Assembly (NCBI GenBank): GCA_035545875.1
Contig: DASZXN010000443.1
Location: 1-53,627 of the forward strand
Reading direction: 5' to 3'
From: Phototrophicaceae bacterium
GTDB lineage: Bacteria > Chloroflexota > Anaerolineae > Aggregatilineales > Phototrophicaceae
Length of the DNA: 53,627 nucleotides
Shown in pieces: positions 28,744-38,412 of the stretch (position 1 is the first letter of the stretch; each line of letters begins with the position of its first letter). A program made the translations under genes and the position numbers. Under the pieces are notes generated by a model that worked only from the letters and a program-made list of their open reading frames with translations, was not told the origin of the DNA and searched no databases.

Positions 28744-29058
28744 ATGATGGGCATTCTCCTGATGCCGCCGCTGGCCTTCGTGATCTATTTACTGGCTGCC
28801 GGAGCGCTCCTGTGGCTCGGCAAAGGTATCGCCGGGGTTCATCAGCCATCCCCACTGAAGCGGAGCCTTTACGCAAGCGGGAACCCCACGCCCGCTGAGT
28901 CGACGCCCAGCTATGGCACCGGTGGGTTCATGATTGCCCTGTTTTTTGCGGCGCTGCATTTGGGCGCATTATTCCTGGTTACGAGCGATCTCGCGCCTGC
29001 TGCTGCCGTCTACATTGGCGGGCTGGCGCTTACGTTAATCGTCCTGCTCCTGAGATGA
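28744..29058 (+). CDS. NuoA/MbhI-like small membrane subunit
   Basis: Three TM segments with KRSLYASG loop; position before the small subunit. Confidence 0.7.
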   Translation: MMGILLMPPLAFVIYLLAAGALLWLGKGIAGVHQPSPLKRSLYASGNPTPAESTPSYGTGGFMIALFFAALHLGALFLVTSDLAPAAAVYIGGLALTLIVLLLR

Positions 29059-29070
29059 GGAGGATGGGCC

Positions 29071-29526
29071 ATGCAGCAGACAGACATGATCCGGTCAGTC
29101 ACTCGTTGGGCGCGAGTCAAGTCGCCCTGGGTCATTCATTTCAACAGTGGTTCCTGTAACGGCTGCGACATTGAGATACTGGCAACGCTCACGCCTCGTT
29201 ACGATCTTGAGCGCTTTGGGGTTCGGCTTGAAGGCAGCCCGCGCCACGCCGACATTCTGGTCTGCACGGGCGCGGTCACGCGGCAGGCGCGGGAAAGCCT
29301 GCTCCGCACCTATGAACAGATGCCGGAGCCGAAATTCGTCGTCGCGGTCGGTTCGTGCGCGATCTCTGGCGGGGTATTTCAAGGCTGCTACAACGTCATT
29401 GGCTCCATCGATCAAGTAATCCCGGTCGATGTGTATGTTCCCGGTTGTCCGCCGCGCCCGCAGGCGATTATTGATGGGATTGTCGGCTTGTTGGAGCGCT
29501 TAAGCGAACGCGAGGCAGTTTCATGA
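29071..29526 (+). CDS. Group 4 [NiFe]-hydrogenase small subunit (NuoB/HycG/MbhJ-like)
   Basis: GSCNGCDIE, SPRHADIL, GSCAISGG, VPGCPPRP. Confidence 0.93.
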   Translation: MQQTDMIRSVTRWARVKSPWVIHFNSGSCNGCDIEILATLTPRYDLERFGVRLEGSPRHADILVCTGAVTRQARESLLRTYEQMPEPKFVVAVGSCAISGGVFQGCYNVIGSIDQVIPVDVYVPGCPPRPQAIIDGIVGLLERLSEREAVS

Positions 29527-29954
29527 CACTGGACAAGATGCAGGATCGCCTGAAGATATGGGCGGAAGAAACGCAGACGCCCGAAGCGAATCGCCTTGAC
29601 GTAACGATTACGGTCGGTAATTTGCTGGCAGCGGTCGCGGTGCTGAAGGCTGAAGGCTGGTACCTTTCTGCGATTACCGGGCTGGATTACGGTCACGACG
29701 CTGATCGAATGGAAGTGCTGTATCACTTCTGCTTCGGTGCAGAGACATTAACTCTGCGCGTCAGCGCGCCGCATGATACCCCTTCCGTGCCCAGCATCTG
29801 TCACCTGATTCCGCCTGCCGTTGTTTTCGAGCGCGAACTCGCCGAGATGTTCGGTATCGTCGTCGTTGGCATCCCCAACAGCGATCACCTGTTTCTACCG
29901 GATGATTGGGACAATCGCGTTTTCCCACTGCGCAAGGATGCGCGGCTGGAGTGA
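29523..29954 (+). CDS. NuoC/MbhK-like subunit
   Basis: LSAITGLD, VLYHF, ERELAEMFG, FPLRKD. Confidence 0.9.
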   Translation: MTLDKMQDRLKIWAEETQTPEANRLDVTITVGNLLAAVAVLKAEGWYLSAITGLDYGHDADRMEVLYHFCFGAETLTLRVSAPHDTPSVPSICHLIPPAVVFERELAEMFGIVVVGIPNSDHLFLPDDWDNRVFPLRKDARLE

Positions 29955-29958
29955 CATC

Positions 29959-31134
29959 ATGACGCAAAAATTTACGCTTCCGGTTGGGCCGCAGCACCCG
30001 GCGCTCAAAGAGCCGGGGCATTTCGAGTTCACGGTGGAAGGCGAGATCGTCACAGGCGCGACGGTGCGGCTGGGCTATGCTCATCGCGGCATCGAGAAAG
30101 CGACGGAGGGGCGCAACTGGACGCAGGACATTTATCTGCTAGAGCGCATCTGCGGCATTTGCTCGCACGTTCACGCGCTGGCTTTCTGCCTCGGCGTGGA
30201 ACAACTGGCCGGTGTCACAGCACCGCCGCGCGCGCAGGCGATCCGCGTGCTGGTCGCCGAACTGGAACGGATTCACAGCCACTTGCTTTGGTTAGGCGTT
30301 GCTGCGCATGAAGCAGGCTTCGATACCCTTTTCATGTACGCCTGGCGTGACCGCGAAACCGTTATGGACGCGCTGGAAACGTTGACGGGCAACCGCGTCA
30401 ACTACTCCGCGAACCTGCTGGGTGGCGTTAAATGTGACGTCACCAGCGCCAGCGCCAGCCAGATTTACCATGCGGTCGATAAGCTGGAAGAACGGACACG
30501 GCATTATCTTGACGTTGTGATGAACGACGATCTCCTCATTCAGCGAACGCGCGGCGTCGGCGTGATGACAGTGGAGCAGGTCGATCAGATGGGTGTGATG
30601 GGGCCAACCGCGCGGGCTTCCGGCGTGATGCGCGACATCCGCTGTATTGCGCCCTACAGCGCTTACGTTGAGTTTCCGATCCAGCCCATCGTCGAAACGT
30701 CAGGCGATTTGCAGGCGCGCTTTATTGTCCGGGTGAAAGAGCTGTTCGAGAGCTATCGCCTGATTCGGACGATCCTTGACCACCTCCCGGATGGCGATCT
30801 AAAAACACGAATGCCGCGCCGGATCAAAGCGGGCGAGACGATCAGCCGGGTTGAAGCGCCGCGTGGTGAGCTGTTCTACTTTATCAAGAGCAATGGCACG
30901 GATACGCCGGAGCGTGTCAAAGTGCGCACGCCGACGCTCTGCAATCTGGCTTCGGTACTGACACTGGCGGTCGGTCGCCAGGTCGCGGACATTCCTATGA
31001 TCCTCGTCGGCATTGACCCCTGCTTCTCGTGTAATGATCGTGCTGTCCTGCTGCTCGATCAATCCGGCGAACGCCGCTGGACATGGGAGAAGCTGCGTCA
31101 GTATGGCATCGATTTTTACCGGAGGCAGCAATGA
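29959..31134 (+). CDS. Group 4 [NiFe]-hydrogenase large subunit (Mbh/4g-like) with cleavable C-terminal extension
   Basis: GPQHPALKEP, L1 ERICGICSHVH, L2 DPCFSCNDR followed by ~30 aa; all four Ni-Fe cysteines present. Confidence 0.93.
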   Translation: MTQKFTLPVGPQHPALKEPGHFEFTVEGEIVTGATVRLGYAHRGIEKATEGRNWTQDIYLLERICGICSHVHALAFCLGVEQLAGVTAPPRAQAIRVLVAELERIHSHLLWLGVAAHEAGFDTLFMYAWRDRETVMDALETLTGNRVNYSANLLGGVKCDVTSASASQIYHAVDKLEERTRHYLDVVMNDDLLIQRTRGVGVMTVEQVDQMGVMGPTARASGVMRDIRCIAPYSAYVEFPIQPIVETSGDLQARFIVRVKELFESYRLIRTILDHLPDGDLKTRMPRRIKAGETISRVEAPRGELFYFIKSNGTDTPERVKVRTPTLCNLASVLTLAVGRQVADIPMILVGIDPCFSCNDRAVLLLDQSGERRWTWEKLRQYGIDFYRRQQ

Positions 31135-32042
31135 CTCTGCTGCAAGCATTGTTCACGCTGCTGATATTTCCCGGCGGTCTGTTCCTGATTGCCAATGGGC
31201 TGATTTACCAGTGGGTACGCCGTAAACTGATCGCGCGACTGCAAAATCGGATCGGGCCGCGCTGGTTTCAACCCCTCGCGGATACAATCAAGCTGCTGGC
31301 GAAAGAAGAAATCCAACCAGAGGGAAGCAACCCGCTGCTGTTCAACCTGCTGCCGATGATTGCGCTCGCGGGGGCGCTGACGGCAGCGCTTTATCTCCCC
31401 ATTGCAGGACTGGCGTCAGCCTCCAGTTTTCCCGGCGACCTGATCGTGACGCTTTATCTGCTCAGTCTCCTGACGATCTGCACCAGCCTCGCCGGGTTTA
31501 ACAGCCATGATCGCTTCTCGGTGATGGGCGCGCTGCGCACGCTGACACAGCTTTTTGCCTACGAAGCACCGTTTATGTTCGCGCTGCTCGGCCCGGCTGT
31601 AACGGCGGGAAGCTGGGAGATCAGTCAGATCGCAGCCAACCCGAACTGGCTGCTCCTGACCCAGCCGATAGGCTTCGTCATCGCGCTGATCGGCTTCATG
31701 GGCAAGCTGGAGCTAGCGCCATTCGACGCGCCGGAGGCCGAAACCGAGATCGTCGCGGGGGCGCTGACCGAATACAGCGGGCGCGGACTCGCGCTCTTTC
31801 ACCTCAGCCGCGCGGTTGAACTCGTCGCCGGGCTGACCCTGATCGCCGCCTTCTATCTGGGCGGCCTGAGCAATCCGTTCGACGATTTGTTCAAGACCTT
31901 GCTGCTGCTGTTCACGCTCGCAGGGGCGCAAACGCTGCTCACGCGTCTGCGGATCACCCAGACAGTTGGACTATGGTGGCGCTACGGCGTGCTGCTCATG
32001 TTAGCTCAGTGGCTTGTTATCATTGCAGGACGGGCGCTATGA
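31131..32042 (+). CDS. NuoH/HycD/MbhM-like membrane subunit
   Basis: ARLQNRIGP, QPLADTIKLLAKE, PFDAPEAETEIVAG..TEYSG. Confidence 0.92.
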   Translation: MTLLQALFTLLIFPGGLFLIANGLIYQWVRRKLIARLQNRIGPRWFQPLADTIKLLAKEEIQPEGSNPLLFNLLPMIALAGALTAALYLPIAGLASASSFPGDLIVTLYLLSLLTICTSLAGFNSHDRFSVMGALRTLTQLFAYEAPFMFALLGPAVTAGSWEISQIAANPNWLLLTQPIGFVIALIGFMGKLELAPFDAPEAETEIVAGALTEYSGRGLALFHLSRAVELVAGLTLIAAFYLGGLSNPFDDLFKTLLLLFTLAGAQTLLTRLRITQTVGLWWRYGVLLMLAQWLVIIAGRAL

Positions 32043-32485
32043 AACTGGCAACGATGCTTGAAGACGTGCTCGGTTCACTCGTTCACAAACCGGTTACGGA
32101 AACGGCTCCAAGCCCGGCTCCAGAGCGGCTGCGCGGCAAACTTCACTGGACGCCGGATGGCTGTACTGGCTGCGCGCTGTGTGTGAAGGACTGTCCCGCC
32201 AACGCGCTGGAATTGATTCGTCTGGACGAAAAAGGCAAGCAGTTCGTGATGCGCTATTCCGTTGACCGCTGCACGTTTTGCGGCCAATGCGTCGAAAACT
32301 GCCGTTTCGACTGTCTGACGATGGCTGGTCAGGACTGGTCGCTCGCAGCCCCAACCCGTGATGGCTTCACGATCTATTATGGAGATGCCGAAGATGTCCA
32401 GCGAGTCCTGGCAGAACGCAATTCGGACGGTGCTGCATCGCCTGAGGCAGCCGCCGAAAATCGCGCTGGTGGGGATCGGGAGTGA
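32039..32485 (+). CDS. NuoI/HycF-like 2x[4Fe-4S] subunit
   Basis: CTGCALCVKDCP and CTFCGQCVENC motifs. Confidence 0.92.
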   Translation: MKLATMLEDVLGSLVHKPVTETAPSPAPERLRGKLHWTPDGCTGCALCVKDCPANALELIRLDEKGKQFVMRYSVDRCTFCGQCVENCRFDCLTMAGQDWSLAAPTRDGFTIYYGDAEDVQRVLAERNSDGAASPEAAAENRAGGDRE

Positions 32486-32888
32486 GCTTCACGGCGACGA
32501 CGCGGCAGGAATATGGATTGTCCGCGCCCTGCAAGCTTCCAGCGATCTGCTCCTGATCGAAGCAGGGATGACGCCGGAAAACCATACCAGCGCTCTACGG
32601 CGTTTCCAGCCCGATCTCGTCCTGATGATCGACGCAGCGCAAATGAAGCTCAGGCCGGGCGACATCAGCGTGCTTGACCTGGCTTCACTGGACGGCTTGA
32701 GCGCCAGTACGCACAGCTTCCCGCTAGCGCTAACGACACAATATATCGTCGCAGAGCTTGGCTGCGCGGTGCTGCTGCTGGGAATTCAGCCTGCCTGCAC
32801 CGATTTCGGCGCGCCGCTCTCTCAATCGGTGTCGAGAGCAGTCGAAGAAATCAGCCGCGAACTCCGCGCGCTTTACGACGAACGATAG
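32394..32888 (+). CDS. hycI: Hydrogenase maturation endopeptidase (HycI-like)
   Basis: VGIGSELHGDDAAG, PEN, IDAA, STHSFPL, GIQP motifs; start uncertain. Confidence 0.85.
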   Translation: MSSESWQNAIRTVLHRLRQPPKIALVGIGSELHGDDAAGIWIVRALQASSDLLLIEAGMTPENHTSALRRFQPDLVLMIDAAQMKLRPGDISVLDLASLDGLSASTHSFPLALTTQYIVAELGCAVLLLGIQPACTDFGAPLSQSVSRAVEEISRELRALYDER

Positions 32889-33538
32889 GTCTTGACCGAT
32901 TCAACGAGCCACGACAACCACGCCTCTACACCCTCCCCCGTGCGACAGGAGAGCGGGAACGAGATCAGTCCCGGACTGAGAATTTCAACACCACGCCGGA
33001 AATAATCCATGTCGTAGGTGACATACGGCAGCAGATCGATTTTGTTAATCACCAGCGCGTCCACGCCGCAATAAATCCCCGGATATTTGTAAGGCTTATC
33101 GTCTCCTTCGGGAACCGATGCGACCAGAACGCTCTTGTGCGTGCCCAGTTGGAAGTTTGCCGGGCAAATCAGGTTGCCGACGTTCTCGACAATCAGCAAG
33201 TCGAGTTGGTCGAGGGCAAGCCGGGTCAGGGCGCTGTGAACCATCACCGCATCCAGATGGCAGTCGCCGCCCGTGTTAATTTGGACGGACACCGCGCCAG
33301 CAGCGGAAGCGCGCTCCGCGTCGAGACTCGTGGCGATGTCACCATCGATCACGCCGATGCGAAGCTGCCGGGCGAGCCGCTTCACCGTCTGCTCGATCAG
33401 CGAGGTTTTCCCCGCACCGGGCGAGGCCATGATATTGATCGCAAACACGTGCGCGCCATCCAGAATGGCTCGATTTTCGTTCGCAATTCGGTCGTTCGCG
33501 CTGAGAATCTTCTCGACAACTGGAATCCGTATAGTCAT
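32873..33538 (-). CDS. hypB: Hydrogenase nickel incorporation GTPase HypB
   Basis: SPGAGKT, CHLDA, ENVGNLICPA, EGDDKPYKYP, NKIDL. Confidence 0.96.
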   Translation of the reverse strand: MTIRIPVVEKILSANDRIANENRAILDGAHVFAINIMASPGAGKTSLIEQTVKRLARQLRIGVIDGDIATSLDAERASAAGAVSVQINTGGDCHLDAVMVHSALTRLALDQLDLLIVENVGNLICPANFQLGTHKSVLVASVPEGDDKPYKYPGIYCGVDALVINKIDLLPYVTYDMDYFRRGVEILSPGLISFPLSCRTGEGVEAWLSWLVESVKTYRSS

Positions 33539-33897
33539 GATTGCACCTGCTCTGCCGCTCCAATTTCGACATCAATACAGTCCAGGTAAAACTCATCACC
33601 CGCAATCAGCCGCACAGCGCTGCCGCCGCATACCGGGCAGGCGAGATGATCGCCGTCGAGGTTATATTGCTGGTGACAGCTTCGGCATTCCATCACCGCC
33701 GGAATGCGGTGAAAATGCAGACGTGACTTTTCCGCAATCGTTCCAGCGCTGACAATATCCCAGTAGAACTGTACCGAGTCATCGACGACCGAGGACAACT
33801 GCCCCACCACCAGATACACATCCGTGATGCGGCGCGCTCCCTCAGCCCGATCAAGCGCAAGTTGAAGAATCCCCTGGGTGATGGAAAGCTCGTGCAT
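33535..33897 (-). CDS. hypA: Hydrogenase nickel metallochaperone HypA
   Basis: N-terminal MHE; CRSC and CPVC zinc motifs. Confidence 0.96.
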   Translation of the reverse strand: MHELSITQGILQLALDRAEGARRITDVYLVVGQLSSVVDDSVQFYWDIVSAGTIAEKSRLHFHRIPAVMECRSCHQQYNLDGDHLACPVCGGSAVRLIAGDEFYLDCIDVEIGAAEQVQS

Positions 33898-33992
33898 GAG
33901 TTCGACCTGTTCTTTAGCCCCAGCTTACAACGCCTCCAATCACGTTCCTAGTGAGGCATCTCATGTTATTTACAGGTCGTTTGTCCTATTCC

Positions 33993-34496
33993 TCATGGCG
34001 GGTCAGCATACATGACGTGCGTCTGCCGCATTTCGCATTCAGCAATGACGCGCTCAACTGTCACCCGCACGCCTGCCTCAACTTCCGGCGACAGCCCTGC
34101 ACCGACATCGAAGTGGCAGCCTTCAATGCCATACACAATGAGCTTGGGAGGCAAATCGCCCAGCACACGTGCAAGTTCAATCGCGTGTGCAACCCCAAAG
34201 AGATGCGATGAGCTTCCGCGCAGGGCAGCAGGCAGCGGTTGCCAGCGCACATCAAATCGCATGACTGAGCCGGACGGTTGACCGGAAAGCATCGCGTCGA
34301 TTAGGTAGACCGTCTGGGGGGCGAAGCTACGCAACCAATCGATCAGCGCTGTCCCGTCGCCAGTCGTTTCGACCACTTGACAGGGCAGCGCCCGCGCTCG
34401 AATCAAACGGACAACCGCCAGCCCTGCCCCATCATCGCCGCGCTGTTCATTGCCGACGCCTATAATCAGGATAGAGGAAGCTGGATTGGGATTCAT
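33993..34496 (-). CDS. Hydrogenase maturation protease for the group 3b enzyme
   Basis: GVGNEQRGDDGAG, IDA, SSHLFG, YGIEG motifs. Confidence 0.92.
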   Translation of the reverse strand: MNPNPASSILIIGVGNEQRGDDGAGLAVVRLIRARALPCQVVETTGDGTALIDWLRSFAPQTVYLIDAMLSGQPSGSVMRFDVRWQPLPAALRGSSSHLFGVAHAIELARVLGDLPPKLIVYGIEGCHFDVGAGLSPEVEAGVRVTVERVIAECEMRQTHVMYADPP

Positions 34497-34556
34497 TGTT
34501 AACAGCCAGAATCGCTTGAAGGCAGAGGGTGGAGCGGGTACTCCACCCAGTACGTG

Positions 34557-34967
34557 TTAGCCCTTGAGCGCGTGAACAACGTGTTCGAGGCGCTCCGTCA
34601 GATCGTCCGCAATCGGCTTTAGATGAGGTTCCAGGCGAATCGCGGACTGCTCCAGCGGGATGGTAATGGTGACTTCCACCTGCTGATCGTCCAGATGATA
34701 CACGTCGACGTTGCATAACAGAAACGCCGCCGATTTCGGCGCAATGGTCAGCGCGGTGACCGCAAGTTCGGGGTGACAGACAATGAAGACGCGATGCCGC
34801 CTGAGATGCGCCTGAGCTTTTTTCTCCAGAATTTTCGTCAGATCGACTTCGGCAACCAGCTCAAATCCTGCCGCTTGCAGCACCGTCCTAAGTTGTTCAA
34901 CGACATCATCAAAATGCTGCTGAAGGAACCGATAGAGTCCGAATGACGTTGTAAGTGTGGTATTCAT
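34557..34967 (-). CDS. DUF302-like protein
   Basis: GFELVAEVDL, VCHPELA, LLCNV pattern; GGAGGA RBS before ATG 34967. Confidence 0.75.
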   Translation of the reverse strand: MNTTLTTSFGLYRFLQQHFDDVVEQLRTVLQAAGFELVAEVDLTKILEKKAQAHLRRHRVFIVCHPELAVTALTIAPKSAAFLLCNVDVYHLDDQQVEVTITIPLEQSAIRLEPHLKPIADDLTERLEHVVHALKG

Positions 34968-34978
34968 CTTGTCCTCCA

Positions 34979-36289
34979 TTACGCGCGATCCATATGCAGT
35001 GTAAGAAAGTGTGTCGCGCAGGAAATACACGGATCATAGTTTCGGATCGCCTGCTCGCACTGCATCGTGATCTGCTCTTCAGAGAGATCAAGGTTCGCCT
35101 CGACGACACGACGCAGGTCTTCCTCGATGACTTTTTGGTTCTGTGCGGTAGGTGGCACAATCTTCGCATCGAGGATAGCTCCGGTGTCATCAAGACGATA
35201 ACGGTGATACAGCAGACCGCGCGGTGCTTCGGTACAGCCGTATCCAACCCCACTCCGGGTATGGATCACTGCCTTTGAGTTATTGGGGGGTTCATAGTTC
35301 TCAATGATCTGAATGGCGTGATCGCAGGCATAGACGGTTTCGAGCGCACGAACGATGATGCTCTTAAACGGATTCGTGCAGACCGCTCCAATCCCGCTGC
35401 TGCGCGCGGCTTGTTTCGCCAGCGGTGAAAGCTGTTCGAAGTTCAAGTTGTAACGTGCCAGCGGGCCGACAAAATATGCGCCGCGCTCCTTCAGATAGGA
35501 ATGCAGCGCGTTCGAATGTGCCAGATGCTCCTCGGCAAAATGATCTTCATACTCGTGGATGGCAATGTTCAGCCCTCGGTTGGAGATCAGCCGACCTTCA
35601 ATCAGTGGATACTCTTGTGGGTGATGGAGGGCGACAAATTCGTAGTCGTAGTCCGCTTCCGGGAACGGCAGGGTTGCCGCCCAGAGCGCGGTATCGATGG
35701 CTGCGTCACGCGCCCATTTCAGCCGTTCCAACAGCGCAGCGAAATCGCTCTTGGCCGGGATGTGATAGAAGCCACCAACCCGCACGTTGATCGGGTGAAT
35801 TTCCCGACCACCGAGGATACGAACGATGTCATTGCCGACTTTCTTCAGCGCAAGGCCGCGATTCACGATGTCTGGATAATCGCGCGCCATCTGTATCGCG
35901 TCGGGATAACCGAGGAAGTCGGGCGCGTGCAGCATGTAGATGTGCAGTACATGGCTTTCGATCCACTCACCGCAGTAGAGCAACCGCCGTAAGTCGCGAA
36001 TGCCACGCTCTACCTGAATACCGAGAGCGTTCTCCATCGCCTGGACAGCGCTCATTTGATAGGCCACCGGACAAATCCCGCAGATGCGTGCGGTGATGTC
36101 CGGCGCTTCGGTATAGGCGCGGCCACGCAGCAGGGCTTCAAAAAGGCGAGGCGGCTCGAAGATGCGAAACTCGACCCCCGTGACCGCCCAGTTCTTGATT
36201 TTCACGTAGAGCGCCCCTTCGCCTTCCACACGTGCGAGCGTATCGACCTTGATGACTTTCGTCTGCGACGTTCGGGCGTTAGCTTTCAT
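34979..36289 (-). CDS. Group 3b [NiFe]-hydrogenase (sulfhydrogenase) large/alpha subunit
   Basis: RVEGEG, L1 [16 protein letters not shown]2 DPCISCATH plus short tail. Confidence 0.95.
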   Translation of the reverse strand: MKANARTSQTKVIKVDTLARVEGEGALYVKIKNWAVTGVEFRIFEPPRLFEALLRGRAYTEAPDITARICGICPVAYQMSAVQAMENALGIQVERGIRDLRRLLYCGEWIESHVLHIYMLHAPDFLGYPDAIQMARDYPDIVNRGLALKKVGNDIVRILGGREIHPINVRVGGFYHIPAKSDFAALLERLKWARDAAIDTALWAATLPFPEADYDYEFVALHHPQEYPLIEGRLISNRGLNIAIHEYEDHFAEEHLAHSNALHSYLKERGAYFVGPLARYNLNFEQLSPLAKQAARSSGIGAVCTNPFKSIIVRALETVYACDHAIQIIENYEPPNNSKAVIHTRSGVGYGCTEAPRGLLYHRYRLDDTGAILDAKIVPPTAQNQKVIEEDLRRVVEANLDLSEEQITMQCEQAIRNYDPCISCATHFLTLHMDRA

Positions 36290-37058
36290 GGGTATCGCTC
36301 TCCTTGCGGAACGCCTCCGCGTAGGCGTTGTAGGTTCGGAAGGCGCGCACCAGTTCCTGAGGCGTCTTGCCGAGCGCCTTCCATTGTTCGCTCAACGCGC
36401 GCGTGTTGGTCGACTCCGCCGGGCCATAGCAGCCAAAGCAGCCACGCTCATACAGTGGACAGAGCGCTCCACACCCCGCCTGCGTGATTGGCCCCAGACA
36501 CGGCGTCCCCTGCGCAACCATCAGACAGGGCGTCCCATTGCGCTTGCATTCCATACAAACGCTGTAGCGCGGCGTATTCGGCTTGCGACCATTCAGGAAT
36601 GCGGAGATCACTTCGACCAACTGCGCCTTGTTGATTGGACAGCCGCGCAACTCAAAATCGACAAAAACGTGGTCGGCTATCGGCGTCGATTTGTTGAGCG
36701 TATCAATATACTTTGGGCTGGCGTAAACCAGCGGCATCAACTGCTTCATATCTTTAAAATTGCGCAGCGCTTGAATGCCTCCCGCTGTCGCACATGCGCC
36801 AATCGTTATCAGGAACTTGGACTGATGACGCACGTGGTGAATTCGTTCGGCATCGTGCTGCGTCGTGATCGATCCCTCGACCAGCGAAATATCATATGGC
36901 CCTTTGACCACCGCCCGCGTTGCTTCAGGGAAGTAGGCGATTTCAACTTCGTTGGCAACGGCCAGCAGCTCATCTTCGCAGTCGAGCAGGCTGAGCTGGC
37001 AGCCATCACAGGAAGCGAACTTCCAGACGGCGAGTTTTGGTTTGCTTTTTTGCTGCAT
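36279..37058 (-). CDS. Group 3b hydrogenase small/delta subunit
   Basis: SCDGCQ, GACA, GCP, VCMECK, PCLGP, GCGALCP, CFGC. Confidence 0.94.
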   Translation of the reverse strand: MQQKSKPKLAVWKFASCDGCQLSLLDCEDELLAVANEVEIAYFPEATRAVVKGPYDISLVEGSITTQHDAERIHHVRHQSKFLITIGACATAGGIQALRNFKDMKQLMPLVYASPKYIDTLNKSTPIADHVFVDFELRGCPINKAQLVEVISAFLNGRKPNTPRYSVCMECKRNGTPCLMVAQGTPCLGPITQAGCGALCPLYERGCFGCYGPAESTNTRALSEQWKALGKTPQELVRAFRTYNAYAEAFRKESDTHES

Positions 37059-37068
37059 GGATCGCCTC

Positions 37069-37935
37069 CTAGACTTCCCATTTCGAGAGCAGATACTTCA
37101 TCCGACTATAGGGAAAGACGGGGCCATCTTTACAAATAAACGCTGCACCCAACTGGCAGTGGCCGCACAGCCCGACTCCACATTTCATATTGCGCTCCAG
37201 TGAAACGTAAATGTTCTCAGCGCTGACGCCTCGTTTCTCCAGCCCTAACGTGGTGAAACGCATCATCACTTCAGGGCCGCAGACCATCGCGGCAGTGTTG
37301 AGTGGATCGAACGGCGCGCGCCCGATCAATGACGTGACAAGGCCAACGCTTCCACGCCAACTATCCGTCCCCCGGTCAACCGTTACGTAGACATCGAGGT
37401 CAAAATGCGCGCGCCACTGCTGCAACTGTTTTCCGTAGAGTACGTCTCTGGCTGTACGCGCCCCGTAGAGCAGCACCACACGCCCATAATTTTCACGCTT
37501 TGCCATGATGTGATACATGGCGGGACGCAGCGGAGCCAGGCCGATTCCGCCCGCAATAATCACAACGTCTTTCCCGTGAACGTCGTTCACCGGCCAACCG
37601 GTGCCGAATGGCCCACGCACGCCCAGCACGTCGTCCACTTTGAGCTTGCTCATCGCCCGGCTGACAGTTCCAACCGCCCGTGTTGTATGCACCAGGAGAT
37701 TGCTTTGTGCTGGGTCTCCACTAATTGAGACCGGGATTTCGCCCACGCCGAAAATGTAAAGCATATTGAACTGGCCGGGCATAAACTCCGGAATAATTCC
37801 ATCGTCTGCCGGTGACAACTCCAGCGAGAACGTATCGGCTGTATCCCACCGCACTCGCTGCACGCGATAGAGGCTGGGAAGCATTGGATTTTGTTGGAGC
37901 GTCGCCGTGAAATCCGTCGTCTGTAGACCTAACAT
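37069..37935 (-). CDS. Group 3b hydrogenase gamma subunit (FAD/NAD(P)-binding, [2Fe-2S])
   Basis: [39 protein letters not shown]. Confidence 0.94.
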   Translation of the reverse strand: MLGLQTTDFTATLQQNPMLPSLYRVQRVRWDTADTFSLELSPADDGIIPEFMPGQFNMLYIFGVGEIPVSISGDPAQSNLLVHTTRAVGTVSRAMSKLKVDDVLGVRGPFGTGWPVNDVHGKDVVIIAGGIGLAPLRPAMYHIMAKRENYGRVVLLYGARTARDVLYGKQLQQWRAHFDLDVYVTVDRGTDSWRGSVGLVTSLIGRAPFDPLNTAAMVCGPEVMMRFTTLGLEKRGVSAENIYVSLERNMKCGVGLCGHCQLGAAFICKDGPVFPYSRMKYLLSKWEV

Positions 37936-37950
37936 ACGCGCTCACTTTCT

Positions 37951-38412
37951 TCAATGAGTGCCGTAAAGATCGAGTAATTGCACGCGCGTCGCCTGAAGCC
38001 GATCAAGCATGATGCCGGAAAAGCGCTTGAGTAACTCGTAGCCCAGATCATGATCCTGCTCGCATTTGTCGCGTAAGCACTTGCCATCGAGCGCGAGCAC
38101 CCGCAGCGGCGAGGCGACACGCCCACTGAAATGCCAGCGGTATGGCGGGAACAACCATGACCAGCCGACCACATCGCCTTCTTCCACCGTCTGAATCGTC
38201 ACGGCACCGGCTCCGGGCACAAAAACCTCCAACGCGACCGCGCCTTCCCGAATGACAAAGAACTGCTTCGCTTCGTCTCCCTCTCGAAACAGGTATTCTC
38301 CTGAACGAAAACGTAAATTAGAAGCGCAGCCAGTAAGAACCTCCAGGTACGCCTGATCCAGCCCGGCGAAGAACGGGTGTTTTTCCAGCAGCGGTTCGAG
38401 TGTTTTCTTCAT
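37951..38412 (-). CDS. Stand-alone cyclic-nucleotide-binding domain protein
   Basis: [14 protein letters not shown] cNMP beta-barrel motifs; no HTH; 153 aa. Confidence 0.88.
   Translation of the reverse strand: MKKTLEPLLEKHPFFAGLDQAYLEVLTGCASNLRFRSGEYLFREGDEAKQFFVIREGAVALEVFVPGAGAVTIQTVEEGDVVGWSWLFPPYRWHFSGRVASPLRVLALDGKCLRDKCEQDHDLGYELLKRFSGIMLDRLQATRVQLLDLYGTH

Noticed and set aside
24147-32485. Calling the cluster respiratory complex I (nuo operon)
   Set aside because: The NuoD homologue retains both CxxC Ni-Fe motifs and a cleavable tail with an adjacent protease; nuoEFG are absent
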